From NCBI GenBank assembly GCA_000091205.1, contig AP006498.2: a stretch of 64,000 bases of DNA; one strand, 5' to 3'. Of the stretch, positions 35,603 to 46,357 are shown piece by piece. This DNA comes from Cyanidioschyzon merolae. Lineage: Eukaryota. How positions within the stretch are numbered: the first letter of the stretch is position 1; every line of letters starts with the position of its first letter. The position numbers and the translations under genes were made by a program. Under the pieces are notes generated by a model that was not told the origin of the DNA, did not search any database, and saw nothing but the letters and a program-made list of their open reading frames with translations.

Positions 35603-36256
35603 GCACCAGGGGTAGCGCATACACAACAGAAGAGCGCGTTTGACAGGTTCGCGGTTTCAACTGGAGTGAAACGTTAGCATAAATAATTCATCGCTGTTGG
35701 AAAGCTCTCTGTGTTGGGGTTTATATATCCCATCAGTTTCAGGACGAATCGCGCTCTAAAGCGAATGATTCCAGACGTTGCATGCTCCTCAAGTGAACTT
35801 GTCATCAAAACTCGAGGCTTGCATCGAGCACAATGCTTGTCTCTTTTGTAGAAACACACACTGAAGCGTCGAAGAGCGCACGCTTCATCGTCACCAGAAA
35901 AACCGGTACTATCAGGCGTCGCGAACGCAAACTTCCCGTCCGTTCCAAACTGGTCTGCACCACCGTTCGAGGATTCCAGAGCATCGCGCCTTCAGCCCTG
36001 CGAAGAGTTCATGACTTGCGACCCGCATCACATCCTGGACGGGTACAATGGGCCTCCATTCGAGAAACCCTCCACATCGATTCGAAACATCAGGGCTTGT
36101 GTGTGCGCCATATTACAACCTGTTCCTTCTCTTGATCTGCATGTCCATGCTTTTGGGTGTCCGTGCAACGCTCGCCGGCTGCCGCCGTAATGCTATCCAG
36201 ATTCACAAACAAAACTATGTAAATCAAACCAAAATCTCCAACCAAAGCGCGGATGC

Positions 36257-37222
36257 TCATCTCACGTATGCCAGGGCCTCAGTCGCACTGTGCGCGCCTG
36301 AATGCTGCAGCAGCGGCAGCAGCCGTTGCCCGGCAAAGTCGGAAACGAGACACTCCACGAAGAGTGGCCGGTTCGTCGGAGGCATCTGTTGTGCATCCTG
36401 ATCAGAAGAAACCCTAGTAGACTGTGGACGCAACTGCTTCAAATACTGGACCGTGCGCGCAAAGTCCGCTGCGCCCCCATCCGGTAAATCATCACGATCG
36501 ACGCTTGTGAGAACAACGTCGTCAATATCCCAACTCGCAACCTCTGCAGCCACATTCATGGGCTCCTCAGGATCTGGTGGTCCTGGTCGAGCTGCAGTTT
36601 TCACAGCACAGAATCGGCATCCTCGAGTGCAAGTATCTCCGAGCAGCACGATGGTAGCGGCGGCGTGCTCCCCGTTCCAACATTCCCCAATATTGGGGCA
36701 TTGGGCCTCCTCGCAAACTGTGGACAGTTTTCTCGCTCGGAGACTCTCCCGCAGACGAAGAAAGCGTGAGTCCGGACGGAGTGCTGCAACAGCAGGCACT
36801 CGAAACCATTCTGGGCGATTCGCTGGTTGTGGCGCTCCCACCCGAGGGTACGCGGTACCACCACTGTCCGCGTGTGCAGGAGAGCGCTCGCATGGCGTGG
36901 CACGCGCTACTGGCACAGTACGCCGCTTCAAGCCCCGATTTGGTGCAGTCCGGCTTGGCTGTGGCAGGGCATTACGAAAGCGGGAAGACACGAACCATGT
37001 GGATTTCGAAGCTGTCGCTGTGCGATATCGCCAGGTTTGGGCGAGAAAGCCGAGGCACGCCTCTCGAGGCTCTGCGTTCAACGTTCCGCTCAGCGCTACC
37101 TGGGCAGACTGACGGTCGGGGTCGACTCGAACCACGTTCGATGGTGCTTCTATCTGCAAACGTGCCGCTTCGACGCAACCAGACCTAAGCGGTAGCGGCT
37201 CGTCGGGCGAGGTGCCCACCAC
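36257..37222 (-). CDS. LIAS: Lipoyl synthase (radical-SAM LipA/LIAS), N-terminal about two-thirds only; ORF terminates prematurely after the [11 protein letters not shown] block
   Basis: [13 protein letters not shown] (auxiliary cluster), [20 protein letters not shown] (CxxxCxxC), [29 protein letters not shown]. Expected C-terminal about 150 aa (AHNxETV ... SSY) not found in any listed ORF downstream. About 100-aa N-terminal presequence. Confidence 0.7.
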   Translation of the reverse strand: MVGTSPDEPLPLRSGCVEAARLQIEAPSNVVRVDPDRQSAQVALSGTLNAEPREACLGFLAQTWRYRTATASKSTWFVSSRFRNALPQPSRTAPNRGLKRRTVPVARATPCERSPAHADSGGTAYPRVGAPQPANRPEWFRVPAVAALRPDSRFLRLRESLRARKLSTVCEEAQCPNIGECWNGEHAAATIVLLGDTCTRGCRFCAVKTAARPGPPDPEEPMNVAAEVASWDIDDVVLTSVDRDDLPDGGAADFARTVQYLKQLRPQSTRVSSDQDAQQMPPTNRPLFVECLVSDFAGQRLLPLLQHSGAHSATEALAYVR

Positions 37223-37499
37223 GACACCCCCAAGTCTTTGACCTCGCTGGTACGAGCGGCTCGAGCCGGTTCAACTGTTCGCCCCCTAGAGCCCAGACGC
37301 CACTAACAGTTCGGCTCCTGGTGGTAAAAGATTGCTTGACTTTGCTGAGCCCCGAACAGCACTGTATCTCCCAACAGCGCAGTAGATAGCTCGCATAAGA
37401 ACGGGTATGTGTCGTTGGAGCGCAAGTGCGTCCAAGGTTTCATTTGGTGTCCGGTTCGCCATCGTCGCACCTGCGCTGCAGTACTCTGGCGCTTGCAGT

Positions 37500-37731
37500 G
37501 CATTTGAAAACGGTACATTGAGCATTGGAGTTGCCCTAGATCAGTGCACTCTTGGGCACAGAGCAGGGACACGCTTCGACTGCGGCTCGTGTTCCATGTG
37601 GATGCAGCGCATTTGAAAACGGTACATTGAACACTGGAGTTGCCCTAGATCAGTGCACTCTTGGGCACAGAGCAGGGACACGCTTCGACTGCGGCTCGTG
37701 TTCCATGTGGATGCAGTGCATTTGAAAACGT
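37500..37731. repeat. 109-bp tandem duplication (2 copies plus 13-bp partial), non-coding, about 97% identical
   Basis: Unit gcatttgaaaacggtacattga.ca.tggagttgccctagatcagtgcactcttgggcacagagcagggacacgcttcgactgcggctcgtgttccatgtggatgcag starts at 37500, 37609 and 37718. Confidence 0.85.
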
Positions 37732-38586
37732 TTCCAATGTATTCTCGAGCGGCGGAGCTCGTCGTGTTGGGATCGTTCCCAACGGCTCGGGGCTCGATGC
37801 AGTCGTTGGAAAGCGTGACGTTCGTGCACGCGTCCGCACCGAAACTGAAAATAGGGATGACCTAAACGAAAATTGACGCTCTCTCATGTAATCCAAATTC
37901 GGAGCTGAATTCAAAGACCAGAACCGAATGCTTCTGAACCAGCAGCTACAGGGCATTGGAGGAAACGCACATTCGAGCGACGCACAAGAACCCCGGACAC
38001 AACCCCGTTCGCCGCGATCCACGTATGATCCGTACCCCAGTTCGAACGGATGCCCTATGTGGTACGGCAACGCCGTTCTGTCTCCGTGACGCAACTGTAC
38101 CGAAGGTAAAGACGCTATTGCGGATGACTAGGGCAGGCATTAGGTGTGCGATAGAACGCATGAAACGACCAGAAAATCCGAGAAGAAGTTTCGGTAATGT
38201 GACTTGGGAGTAGGGTGTTTGATGGATACTTCAAAGCGCACTGAAAAACAAATAAAAAAGAAAGAAAAGAAAAAGCGCACAGTCGGAGAACGCTGGCCTA
38301 AGTAAACGTCTTGTCAATGAAAAAAGAATCCCGCTCGGTGAGCGCATCAGGGAGATCGGGCAGTCAACTGACAAGACGCGCATGTCGCCGTTGAAGAGAA
38401 AAGCGATCCTGATCAGGTGCGTGTTCTACCGGAACAAGTTGGATTTCCGTTGGAGTTTTACAAAAAAGCAGTTTTTCATTTCATTTGTGCTTCAAACCTC
38501 AAACAAGTCTAGTCCAGAGTTTTTTCGCAGTATATAACAAAAGCGTTCGAAGAGCGTTCTTTTTCGAAAAAATAAAAAGGAAAGCT

Positions 38587-40649
38587 ATGAAAAGCAAGTC
38601 GACGATCCTGGAAGCCCAGTTTCGCCGGCTGCCAGAAAAAAAACAGAAAAACAGTGCCAAGTCCAGAAGAAAAGGAAGAGAAGAAGAACCGAAAGGGGGA
38701 TACCCTACGTCGAAGGCCGCAAGAAAGGCAACTGCACGACGAGAAGGCGGTGAAAGCCTTTCTTCTTGGACATATCAAGGATCCCTGCAGGGAAAAGTTG
38801 CGAGACGCTATCGGAAAACTTGTCGACTCGTACTCCAAGAGTATTGTCAAGGCGTCGTCAGGACCGATGCATTTGGCCAGGGAGACGTATCGCGACGTGA
38901 CGCACATGGAAACAGTCGAGATGCCGGACGAGTCGTTCGACATGACCCTTATTCGATACCTGATGCTTGGTACAGAAAAAGCGCAGAAGGAAAATGAGCT
39001 TGTGCATGCCCTCAACGAAAACTTCGCGGAATTCTGCTTCGAGGGTACCAGAGACGGGGGTGACTCGGATATTTACGACTATGGGGCGATGAAGTACCTC
39101 ACGAATCTGAAGAACCGTTTGACAACGAACCTCGAACGTTTCATGACACGCGCAGTGTTTGCACTCTACCCGGGCCAATCTCGCAATGGAAAATGGACGA
39201 TTATCAGTGGCATCACGAGAGATCGCAAGCGTGAAGATGAGGTCGAATTTGTCGATAAGAAGGCATCTAATGAGAGCACAAATGAAGCTTCTGTAATCCG
39301 TGCGGTTATACAAGAGCACCGCGCAGTTTTGGGCTGGCGAATCCAGCAGACAAGCTATCAGAGTTGAAAAAAGATACGGAGACATACTATCGCCTCATCC
39401 TGCGCGATTTCGTGTTTTTGGATCGAGAATTCGAACGCAAGGCGGAGATGAAGCTGAGCGAGGAAAAAATGAAGAGTGGGAGAGACGGAAGGCTTTCCTA
39501 ATGGGGAAGCGCTTCAACATGGTTCCAGTGTGCAACATCAAGTCACATTTTGTGACTATCGACTCCAGCGTCCTTCATGGCATCATGAGGGAGATCAGTC
39601 CGGAGTTCAATGTTAGCAGGGAGGACTTCAACGGTGAAAACCGGGAGACGTACTGGAAGAATATCTTCGACTTCAAGCGTCTCAAAGCCAGCAAGCAAAA
39701 GGTATTCACTGAGATGATCGAAACCAATGGAGTAGACATGTGTATACACTATCGGCGGTTGAAGAGAGATCGTCCAGTCCTGCCCTCAGCGAAGCATGAA
39801 GATGAGAAGGGGGCGGATCCTGCGACGCAGGAAGTGCAGGATAACGACTTCGTCGCTGGCGCGGACTCCGGAAACACAAATATCATAACCATCGCAGCAC
39901 CGAAGCTTGCGGAAGATGGTGCTGACGGCAACTTACGTCAGAAAGACATGCGTCCTTTAAGGTTCTCGAGAGCGAGATACTATTGAGAATCTGGAATCAT
40001 GAATGCGAGGAAGAAAACTGAGAAGTGGAATTCAGGAATGAAGGATCACCTGGAAGCTTTGAGCGAGGTGACGAGCCGAGGAGCAGACTTTGAAGCTTTT
40101 CGGGAGTTCATGGATGTTCGCGTTGCTCATTGGGATGCGCTGTAGGAGGAGTATACAAAGCCCCGGTCGCCTCGTTTGCGAATGAATTCGTATTGTGGGA
40201 AGCAGCGGGCGTTCGCGAATTTTTCAATGAGTTGAGTGCCCTGAAGGAGGATGAAAATCAGAGGCTCGTAGTAGCGTACGGAGCAGGGCACTGGAAGACC
40301 CAAAAAGGGTGTACACCAGCTCCAACGACGAGAGCGTACAAGGAGTGCGCAAGGCGTCTCGTTACGATACCTGTAGATGAGTTCCGGACATCGTATACAC
40401 ACCATGAACTGGGTTGTACACTTCAGAGGGTGGAGATGGAAAAGTGCCAGCGGAGCCCCGAGGCTATAAAAAAGTACGGACCGCTCACAGAAGAGCAAAT
40501 GGAAAGGAGAGCGAATGTTCGAGGGCCTGCTTGCATCAGTAAGTACAACCAGTGATGGTAAGAACCGGAAAGAGTTTGTGAACCGAGACTTTAACGCCGC
40601 TATGAATATAAGGAGATGTGCGGTGCTGGAGAACAGACCTCCAGAGTAG
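38587..40649 (+). CDS. Fanzor1 / TnpB-like RNA-guided endonuclease (RuvC-like), reading frame interrupted at least 3 times (short introns or frameshifts; possibly a pseudogene)
   Basis: Segments: 38587/38654-39367 (Lys/Arg-rich NLS-like N-terminus), 39300-39986 (contains RuvC-I ...[17 protein letters not shown] at about 39858), 40130-40555 (contains VVAYGAGHW and a Cys/His-rich segment [13 protein letters not shown]...EKCQRS...PACIS), 40560-40649 (Ruv[28 protein letters not shown], the NRDxNAAxNI hallmark of TnpB/Fanzor/Cas12). Summed about 640 aa. Confidence 0.6.
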
Positions 40650-40872
40650 ACAAGAGGGTATCTTGTTGGACAATCACTCAAGGTGGAACCATATGAGAAA
40701 AAGATGGAAGCAGTAGTAGGTGGCCGGTCCAAAAAGACTGGGAGGCGTCTGCACCTCGGTTGGAGACGTCTTGTCTAGGGCGGCTCGGTCGCCACTACTG
40801 TACACCGCTGCCGTCGTTCGACTTAGAACGGCGTTTGTTGTTGGTGTGTGTGTAATCGGTTGTTTGAAAGGC
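40560..40872 (+). ncRNA. Candidate omega-RNA (guide RNA scaffold) region at the 3' end of the Fanzor ORF and right end of the element
   Basis: By analogy with TnpB/Fanzor loci, where the omega-RNA overlaps the ORF 3' end and runs to the right end. This segment is the part conserved in the otherwise non-coding solo fragment at 25.0-25.3k. Confidence 0.3.
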
Positions 40873-40902
40873 ACAGCAGTCGCTGAGCACTGCTGGAATC
40901 CG

Positions 40903-42783
40903 ATGGGGTTTGCTGCAACGCCAGTTGCACGAGTGCTTTCTGTAAAAAAGCCGAGCTCGACGACGGCGAGACCGCGAAGCGTTTGGACGCCGTCGTTTAG
41001 GACACGGAAGAAAAGACTCGCGCCTCTTGTGGCAACGAACTCGCGCAAGACCAGCGCGGGGACGGGTATTCCGCCAGCATCGGGTCCACGGCCGAGGCAA
41101 GTATGGGAAGCACTATCGGCACGGGAGGCTGCGTTCTTGGCGGTCGAGTGTTCTCTGACTCAGGGTCATGATGTCGCCGAAGACGTGGACGGCAGTGATG
41201 CGCTCGACGGGAGGCCAAGCCAAGGGAGCGGCGGCGTTGGAGGCGCTCTCAGTAACAGGTACCTTCTGACGCAGCTAGCGCTTTGGAGCGAAAAGCACAA
41301 GCCCAGTCGCGTAGAATACGCACTGGCGAAGATTATCGCTTTTAATGCAGTTCGACAACGGGCGCTCTTTGACTATGTGCTGCAGACCAACATCGTTCGC
41401 GATCGGAGCGCCATCGACCAAGAGCCGCACCGCATCAAGTCGGAGGGCATGCACCTATCAATAGCGCAACGTGCACTACTGCACACGGCCCTGGCACAGT
41501 ACGCTTTCATGGAACGTGTTCCCGTCTACACGATTGTTTTTAGTACAGTGGAGATAGCGAAGACTTATTTTGGGCAACGCTTCGCTGCATTCGCCAATGC
41601 AATTTTGCGCAATCTAGTTCGGTACGGAGAGAAGTACGCTGCCGACTTGGAAAGCCGCCGTCCAGCATCCTACATCGTGCGGCCGCTTCCGTTTCCCGCC
41701 GACGCCCTCGATGTGCGCTACTCCTATCCCGCAGTGTTTGCGAGCCGAGTTTTTGGCCAGCTTTTGAATCGGAAACGCCTGGTGGCCTTCCTGGAGGCCG
41801 GAAACATGACCCCGCAAACTTTTCTGCGCGTTCCCCGCCAGCATGCCCAGCATGAAGATTTGAAAATGGCCATTGAAAGGCGCTTATTGGTCCCTTGGTC
41901 GGACCAAGATTCAACGGAAACAGTGAGTAGACCGTGGATCATTTACCGCGTCGACTTGCAGTGCGCTGGAGAAGATCCAGGTGCGGCCTTACCGCTCACA
42001 TTGCCGAGCGCAAATGGTACGGGCTGGGCAGATGATCCGGCCAATGTCCTCACGAGAAGCCTTTTTCAAAGACTGCTGCAGCACTTTATAGCTCAAAACG
42101 TAACACAAGCAGAGCATACGTTTCTTCTCTGCGAACAGTTACGCCAACGCTGGGACAAGGAAAGACGGATCGCGCGGGTCCTGGACCTCTGCACCGCACC
42201 TGGAGGCAAGCTTACAGCAGTTTTTGAGTACCTGCAGTATAGCGACCTCGGCGACGCGCAGACTGAATACATAGGCATTGATCTGAGCGATCAACGCATT
42301 CATATGGTCCACGAGAATGTCGACAAGACGCCGGGTATGCGCGAAAGTCGCGTTTTTGTCGGCGTTGCCCGTGGCGAGTCCTTTGTTGATTGCAGAGCGG
42401 GCAACATCTTGCGCAGTGAAGACGAGCGCGCTGTCAGTCCGTGTTTCGACCTTGTGATCGCGGACGTACCGTGTACGAATTCGGGGGTCTTGAATCGGCG
42501 ACCTGAAGCCCGTTGGAGACTCGACGAGCAGCATTTTGCGTCTTCGGTACCACGCTTGGTTTCGCTCCAGGCGAGTCTTTTGAATCGGGCGTGCCTTCTA
42601 TCTCGCTCTGCGGTGTTCTACATGACTTGCTCAGTTTTGCATGCGGAAGGACGCGATCTTGTGCGGTCAGTTCTCGAAAATCACCGTGACTTTGAACTTG
42701 TTTGGGATCACCTGACCTACACGGATGCCGCTGGACGGGATGGAGGCTATGCAGCCATGCTTTGGCGACGCCCGTCTCATTGA
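40903..42783 (+). CDS. RsmB/Sun-family rRNA (cytosine-C5) methyltransferase with N-terminal NusB-like domain (bacterial-type; likely organelle-targeted)
   Basis: Six-frame ORF starts at 40720 inside the TE right end; Met 40903 starts an S/T/R-rich transit-like peptide. NusB-like IIAFNAVRQRALFDYVLQ; MTase motifs LDLCTAPGGKL, LVIADVPCTNSGVLNRRPEARW, FYMTCSVLHAEG. Confidence 0.75.
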   Translation: MGFAATPVARVLSVKKPSSTTARPRSVWTPSFRTRKKRLAPLVATNSRKTSAGTGIPPASGPRPRQVWEALSAREAAFLAVECSLTQGHDVAEDVDGSDALDGRPSQGSGGVGGALSNRYLLTQLALWSEKHKPSRVEYALAKIIAFNAVRQRALFDYVLQTNIVRDRSAIDQEPHRIKSEGMHLSIAQRALLHTALAQYAFMERVPVYTIVFSTVEIAKTYFGQRFAAFANAILRNLVRYGEKYAADLESRRPASYIVRPLPFPADALDVRYSYPAVFASRVFGQLLNRKRLVAFLEAGNMTPQTFLRVPRQHAQHEDLKMAIERRLLVPWSDQDSTETVSRPWIIYRVDLQCAGEDPGAALPLTLPSANGTGWADDPANVLTRSLFQRLLQHFIAQNVTQAEHTFLLCEQLRQRWDKERRIARVLDLCTAPGGKLTAVFEYLQYSDLGDAQTEYIGIDLSDQRIHMVHENVDKTPGMRESRVFVGVARGESFVDCRAGNILRSEDERAVSPCFDLVIADVPCTNSGVLNRRPEARWRLDEQHFASSVPRLVSLQASLLNRACLLSRSAVFYMTCSVLHAEGRDLVRSVLENHRDFELVWDHLTYTDAAGRDGGYAAMLWRRPSH

Positions 42784-43838
42784 AATCGCTGCTGGCGCGT
42801 TATTCAGCGAGCGGCGCTTTGGGGGTTGAGATGTTTAGGGCTTTGCTTTCACCGCAAACTTAGGTGTTAGGATTTCCTTTAGGAACATTTCGTGCGTGAT
42901 GCTTTAGAGTATGAGTTCTAAAACGTCTCTGTGTTCCTCTCTGGATGCAGTTGGTTTGGGCTTTTTCCGAACTGCGCGACTTCCATGGCGTCGTATCTGG
43001 AAATGGAGCTCCAGCGCTTCATTCCGGAAATCATTCTGGTTTACTCGAGCGCAGCGAAAGCTTACGTCAGAGTTAAGCCTTTCGAGCTACACCGTGCACC
43101 AAGGCCCGCTACTTATCGCATTCGGAAGGTATTCACGTCGTCGCCGCGTGGTATGCCTCTGAATACAAAAAAGAAGCATGGCTTCCTTGGCGAACTCGGT
43201 ATATCGTTTCAGTAAATGCTCGTTTTGCGTCCAGAGCACTGTATCGAGTTAATAAAAACAGCCTGGAGGTTTCGGTGCTGCACGAGTTGCCGACTGGTGA
43301 GGATCGTATTGGCGTATCGCCACCTGCTCGAAAAAGATTGACTTTATTCATCGATCATATATGCCTCTTAGGCGATATCTACCAAGCACCCGATGCAGGA
43401 CAGTTGCCACGCCATATTGTCTCCATTCGTGGCATGCTTTTTTCGTTCCAGGTAAATCAGCAAACGTGATGGGTCGCAATATTTCTTATGAGCGTCCCTG
43501 TAACATTTGGAGCAGCGCATGTTTCCGAGGTGCTATGGCGAGGCGTTCTGCGCCTTGTGCTTTGCTTCCTGCGCGTCACGTGTTGGAAAGCGCGGGCTCC
43601 GCATTAAGACCTGTGGCGCCCATCGTGAACGCTGCAGGCTGCGTACGATCACGGCATTTTCCCTGGCCGCTCGCCATGGAATGCGTGCCTAAAAAGCGAA
43701 CGAATAACGTCCAGAAATATCCAGAAATCTCTATGAATGAGCACACTGCATTCTTTTCTTACACAGATTCGCATACTGCACGCATGGCGATACGATTTAG
43801 GGCATAACTAGCTCCGGCACGCTGTCTAAGCAACTGTT

Positions 43839-44528
43839 TTATAAACTGAAGAAACCCATGCCGTTACATTCGCGGCAAGGCCGCCCAAGCCCAGTGCCTT
43901 GGCACGGATAGCACGGTACCTCGTCGCCCAGGAAACCTTTCATTTTGCAGGAGCCGTTGCACATGAGACAAACGCTCCGGCGCTTACCGTGGCAGGCACC
44001 ACACTGGATCACTGGCCCGTACTGTTTCCGAAGCTGGCGACGCAATCTTTGTCGAAGAGTCGCTGCCGCTGGATCCGCGGCCGAATTCACTAGAAACCGA
44101 ATTGCTTCGCGAACTTCCTCTGGTGACAGGTACCCAGGTTCTTTGGATGCATCTCGACCGAAACCTTTTGCGGCCTGCATCCGCAACAGCGGCCTCGCGC
44201 GGCTGAAGCGCACGCCACAGGCTCCTTGTAGTCTGCTCCGTTGCATGCGCCCAGCGGTGCTGCAGTATCTGCTTTGTAGACATGTGCATACGGGCTCCAT
44301 GAACTGAAGAACAACCGAACAGCGGAATGTGGAGCCCAGCCTCGGAGAAGGTTCCATGTTTGGATGATAAACAAAAAGCTCCTGTGTTGACATTTTGGCG
44401 CACGAGTGATACCTGGGAATGAATCGACCCAGGTGGCTTCGAACGAGTTTCCTCTGGTCCGAAGAACCGTTCTCTAGTTTCTCACGTGCCACAGTATCAG
44501 TCTTCAAGGAAAGTTTCGATTCAATCAA
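43839..44528 (-). CDS. DnaJ-like zinc-finger protein (four CxxCxGxG repeats; BSD2/PSA2/LQY1-like plastid assembly-factor type); start uncertain
   Basis: C-terminus CGACHGKR...CLMCNGSC...CYPCQGTG...CRECNGMG; upstream part basic, with no other domain. Confidence 0.5.
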   Translation of the reverse strand: MIESKLSLKTDTVAREKLENGSSDQRKLVRSHLGRFIPRYHSCAKMSTQELFVYHPNMEPSPRLGSTFRCSVVLQFMEPVCTCLQSRYCSTAGRMQRSRLQGACGVRFSRARPLLRMQAAKGFGRDASKEPGYLSPEEVREAIRFLVNSAADPAAATLRQRLRRQLRKQYGPVIQCGACHGKRRSVCLMCNGSCKMKGFLGDEVPCYPCQGTGLGRPCRECNGMGFFSL

Positions 44529-44614
44529 GGGGGCAAAGCGGCCTGGGATGCGTACTCCCGTAAAACGAGAAAAACAAGGTAGTCGCTCAGTTCTGTCTAG
44601 CAGGGAACGGAACG

Positions 44615-46185
44615 TTAAATCTATGCTCCTTTCGAGTAGAAGACTTTTGAGACGCGTCCCCTCCGTCCGCTACGTATAAGCGCTGAAAACTGGTATCGGA
44701 CGTCCGTCGCGTACAGCCGATACGCAGGGACGCCTCTGGTTCCGGGCCTCTTGTTTTTAGGTAATCGACACCCAGAACGCGTTTCACTTCCAGTGAGGTC
44801 CAATGCCAAAGACCCCGCGCCTTCCAACGGTACCCAAGTTTCACGAGCAACCTCGAAAGCGACACCCGTTCACAGCAACGATGGCGTGGCTGCGAACCGG
44901 CGGCGGTTTTTGGCAGAAGTAGCAGCTGCTGCTACTGCCGTCGCAGCTACCGAAAAAGCGTTCTGGGTGGCAAGCGACAATCGCGCTCTGCAGTGCACGG
45001 AGCTTCCAACACTAGAGCGCCTCTCGTCGTTGGCGAGTTTGCGTACTTCCAGCTGCCCGGTTCGCAAGTTGCAGCAGCAGAAGCAGTGACGTCAGCAAGC
45101 AACGCTAGGCGTGTCTGTGTCCAATGCGGCGAGCAGCGCCTGCTCGCAAGGCACCAGCACTTGTCGAGCGGAATACTCCAAAGGCGACGATAGAATGTGC
45201 TCGAAACAGGGAACACTGGGATGCTGGTTCTGTTCCTGCATGGAGATTTTCCAAACCTTATTTCAGGTCTAGAGCCTTGACATTCGAAGTGCAGCAGCAA
45301 CAACGGCTTACGGATTCACACCTAGTCGTTGGATTATCTGTCATGATATCTGTATGGATATAAATGGAATGGCATTCGGCAGCAGCATGATTTCTCACAT
45401 GGGATTTGCTCCCAGAGGCTCACGTCTCTTCTCTGGGGATCGAGCAGGTTCTTGGACTCGGACTTGAGCCATCGCAGCGATCGTTTCCTGCGGGGGCGTG
45501 TATCACCGTTTTGCCCGATGAGAGTGTAGACGCAACGAAATTTCTCGGCGTGTGTTTGAGCCTCGATTCTCTGCAAGGTAATAGGTTCATCAAGGAAAAG
45601 CTGACGTTTCACAGATCCTCGATCCAATAGAGCCGCCTGCGTTTGGGCGTGCAACGGACAATGTACTCGCCGAGCGTATCGCCCAGAAGAGGCGGATGCT
45701 CGTATGGTACTGCACCGAGCACCAAGACGGGGGCGCGCATCAAGCGATGCCTTCTGCACTCGTCCAGAGCATGAACCAAGCGATGAAGCAGGCGTCAACG
45801 CGCCATAGAGCAGCCTTCCGCGGCGGCGAGTTGATGCACGTGCTTGAAAACATGACCGAAGTGATGTGCCACCGCCGTAGAGGGTGTACCGAGGTTGCGC
45901 GCGAAGGAGATCCGAATGGTAAGCGGAGCTTAGATGATACCCTGCGCCTTTTGCATGGAAAGCGTTGACGAAACCTGAGCCAGCGTAGCAGGCACGATCT
46001 TGGTGCCATCAACATCTGTCGAGTGATGGTGACGAAGCTGGAGGAGCAGGCGAGACCAGTGGATTCTACGTGGGAAACGAGTTAGAAAAAACCCTGCAAA
46101 TGCTATTGTGGATAATGGGTTACAGAGAGCGAAACTTTAGAATGTACGCCCTTGCTGGATGGCCCGTACCATTTGATGCCGTCTT
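44615..46185 (-). repeat. Dispersed repeat family copy C (full length, inverted relative to copy A)
   Basis: Reverse-complement alignment with 8131-9672 over about 1.55 kb at high identity; same duplicated ORFs (44587..45303, 45334..45798, 45696..45968, 45740..46015). Confidence 0.75.
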
Positions 46186-46357
46186 CGATGTATGATCAGC
46201 ACAAGGATTCGCAGCGTTTGCAAAATCGAATTCGATTCAATAAAGTCTTTTCTTTATCCGTCTCGATTACGGGCTCTTCACCAGTCGACCGGAACAAGTC
46301 GAGAACCTCAGTTTTCAAGAAAGTTGCCCTCACTTGCGCCCACGAATGCTGATTTAA

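Larger units (their letters stand above)
38215..40872 (+). mobile_element. Fanzor1/TnpB-family transposon-like insertion (about 2.7 kb), A-rich 5' region, right end shared with other fragments
   Basis: Abrupt shift to A-rich sequence at about 38215; encodes a TnpB-like protein; right-end homology with the 25.2k copy ends at about 40872; flanked by normal GC-rich host sequence. Left boundary is approximate. Confidence 0.55.

Noticed and set aside
40127-40732. 201-aa minus-strand ORF across the Fanzor 3' region (with a homologous 111-aa ORF at 24867-25202)
   Set aside because: It is antisense to the RuvC-III-encoding strand. Its conservation between copies is explained by the sense-strand conservation of the element.
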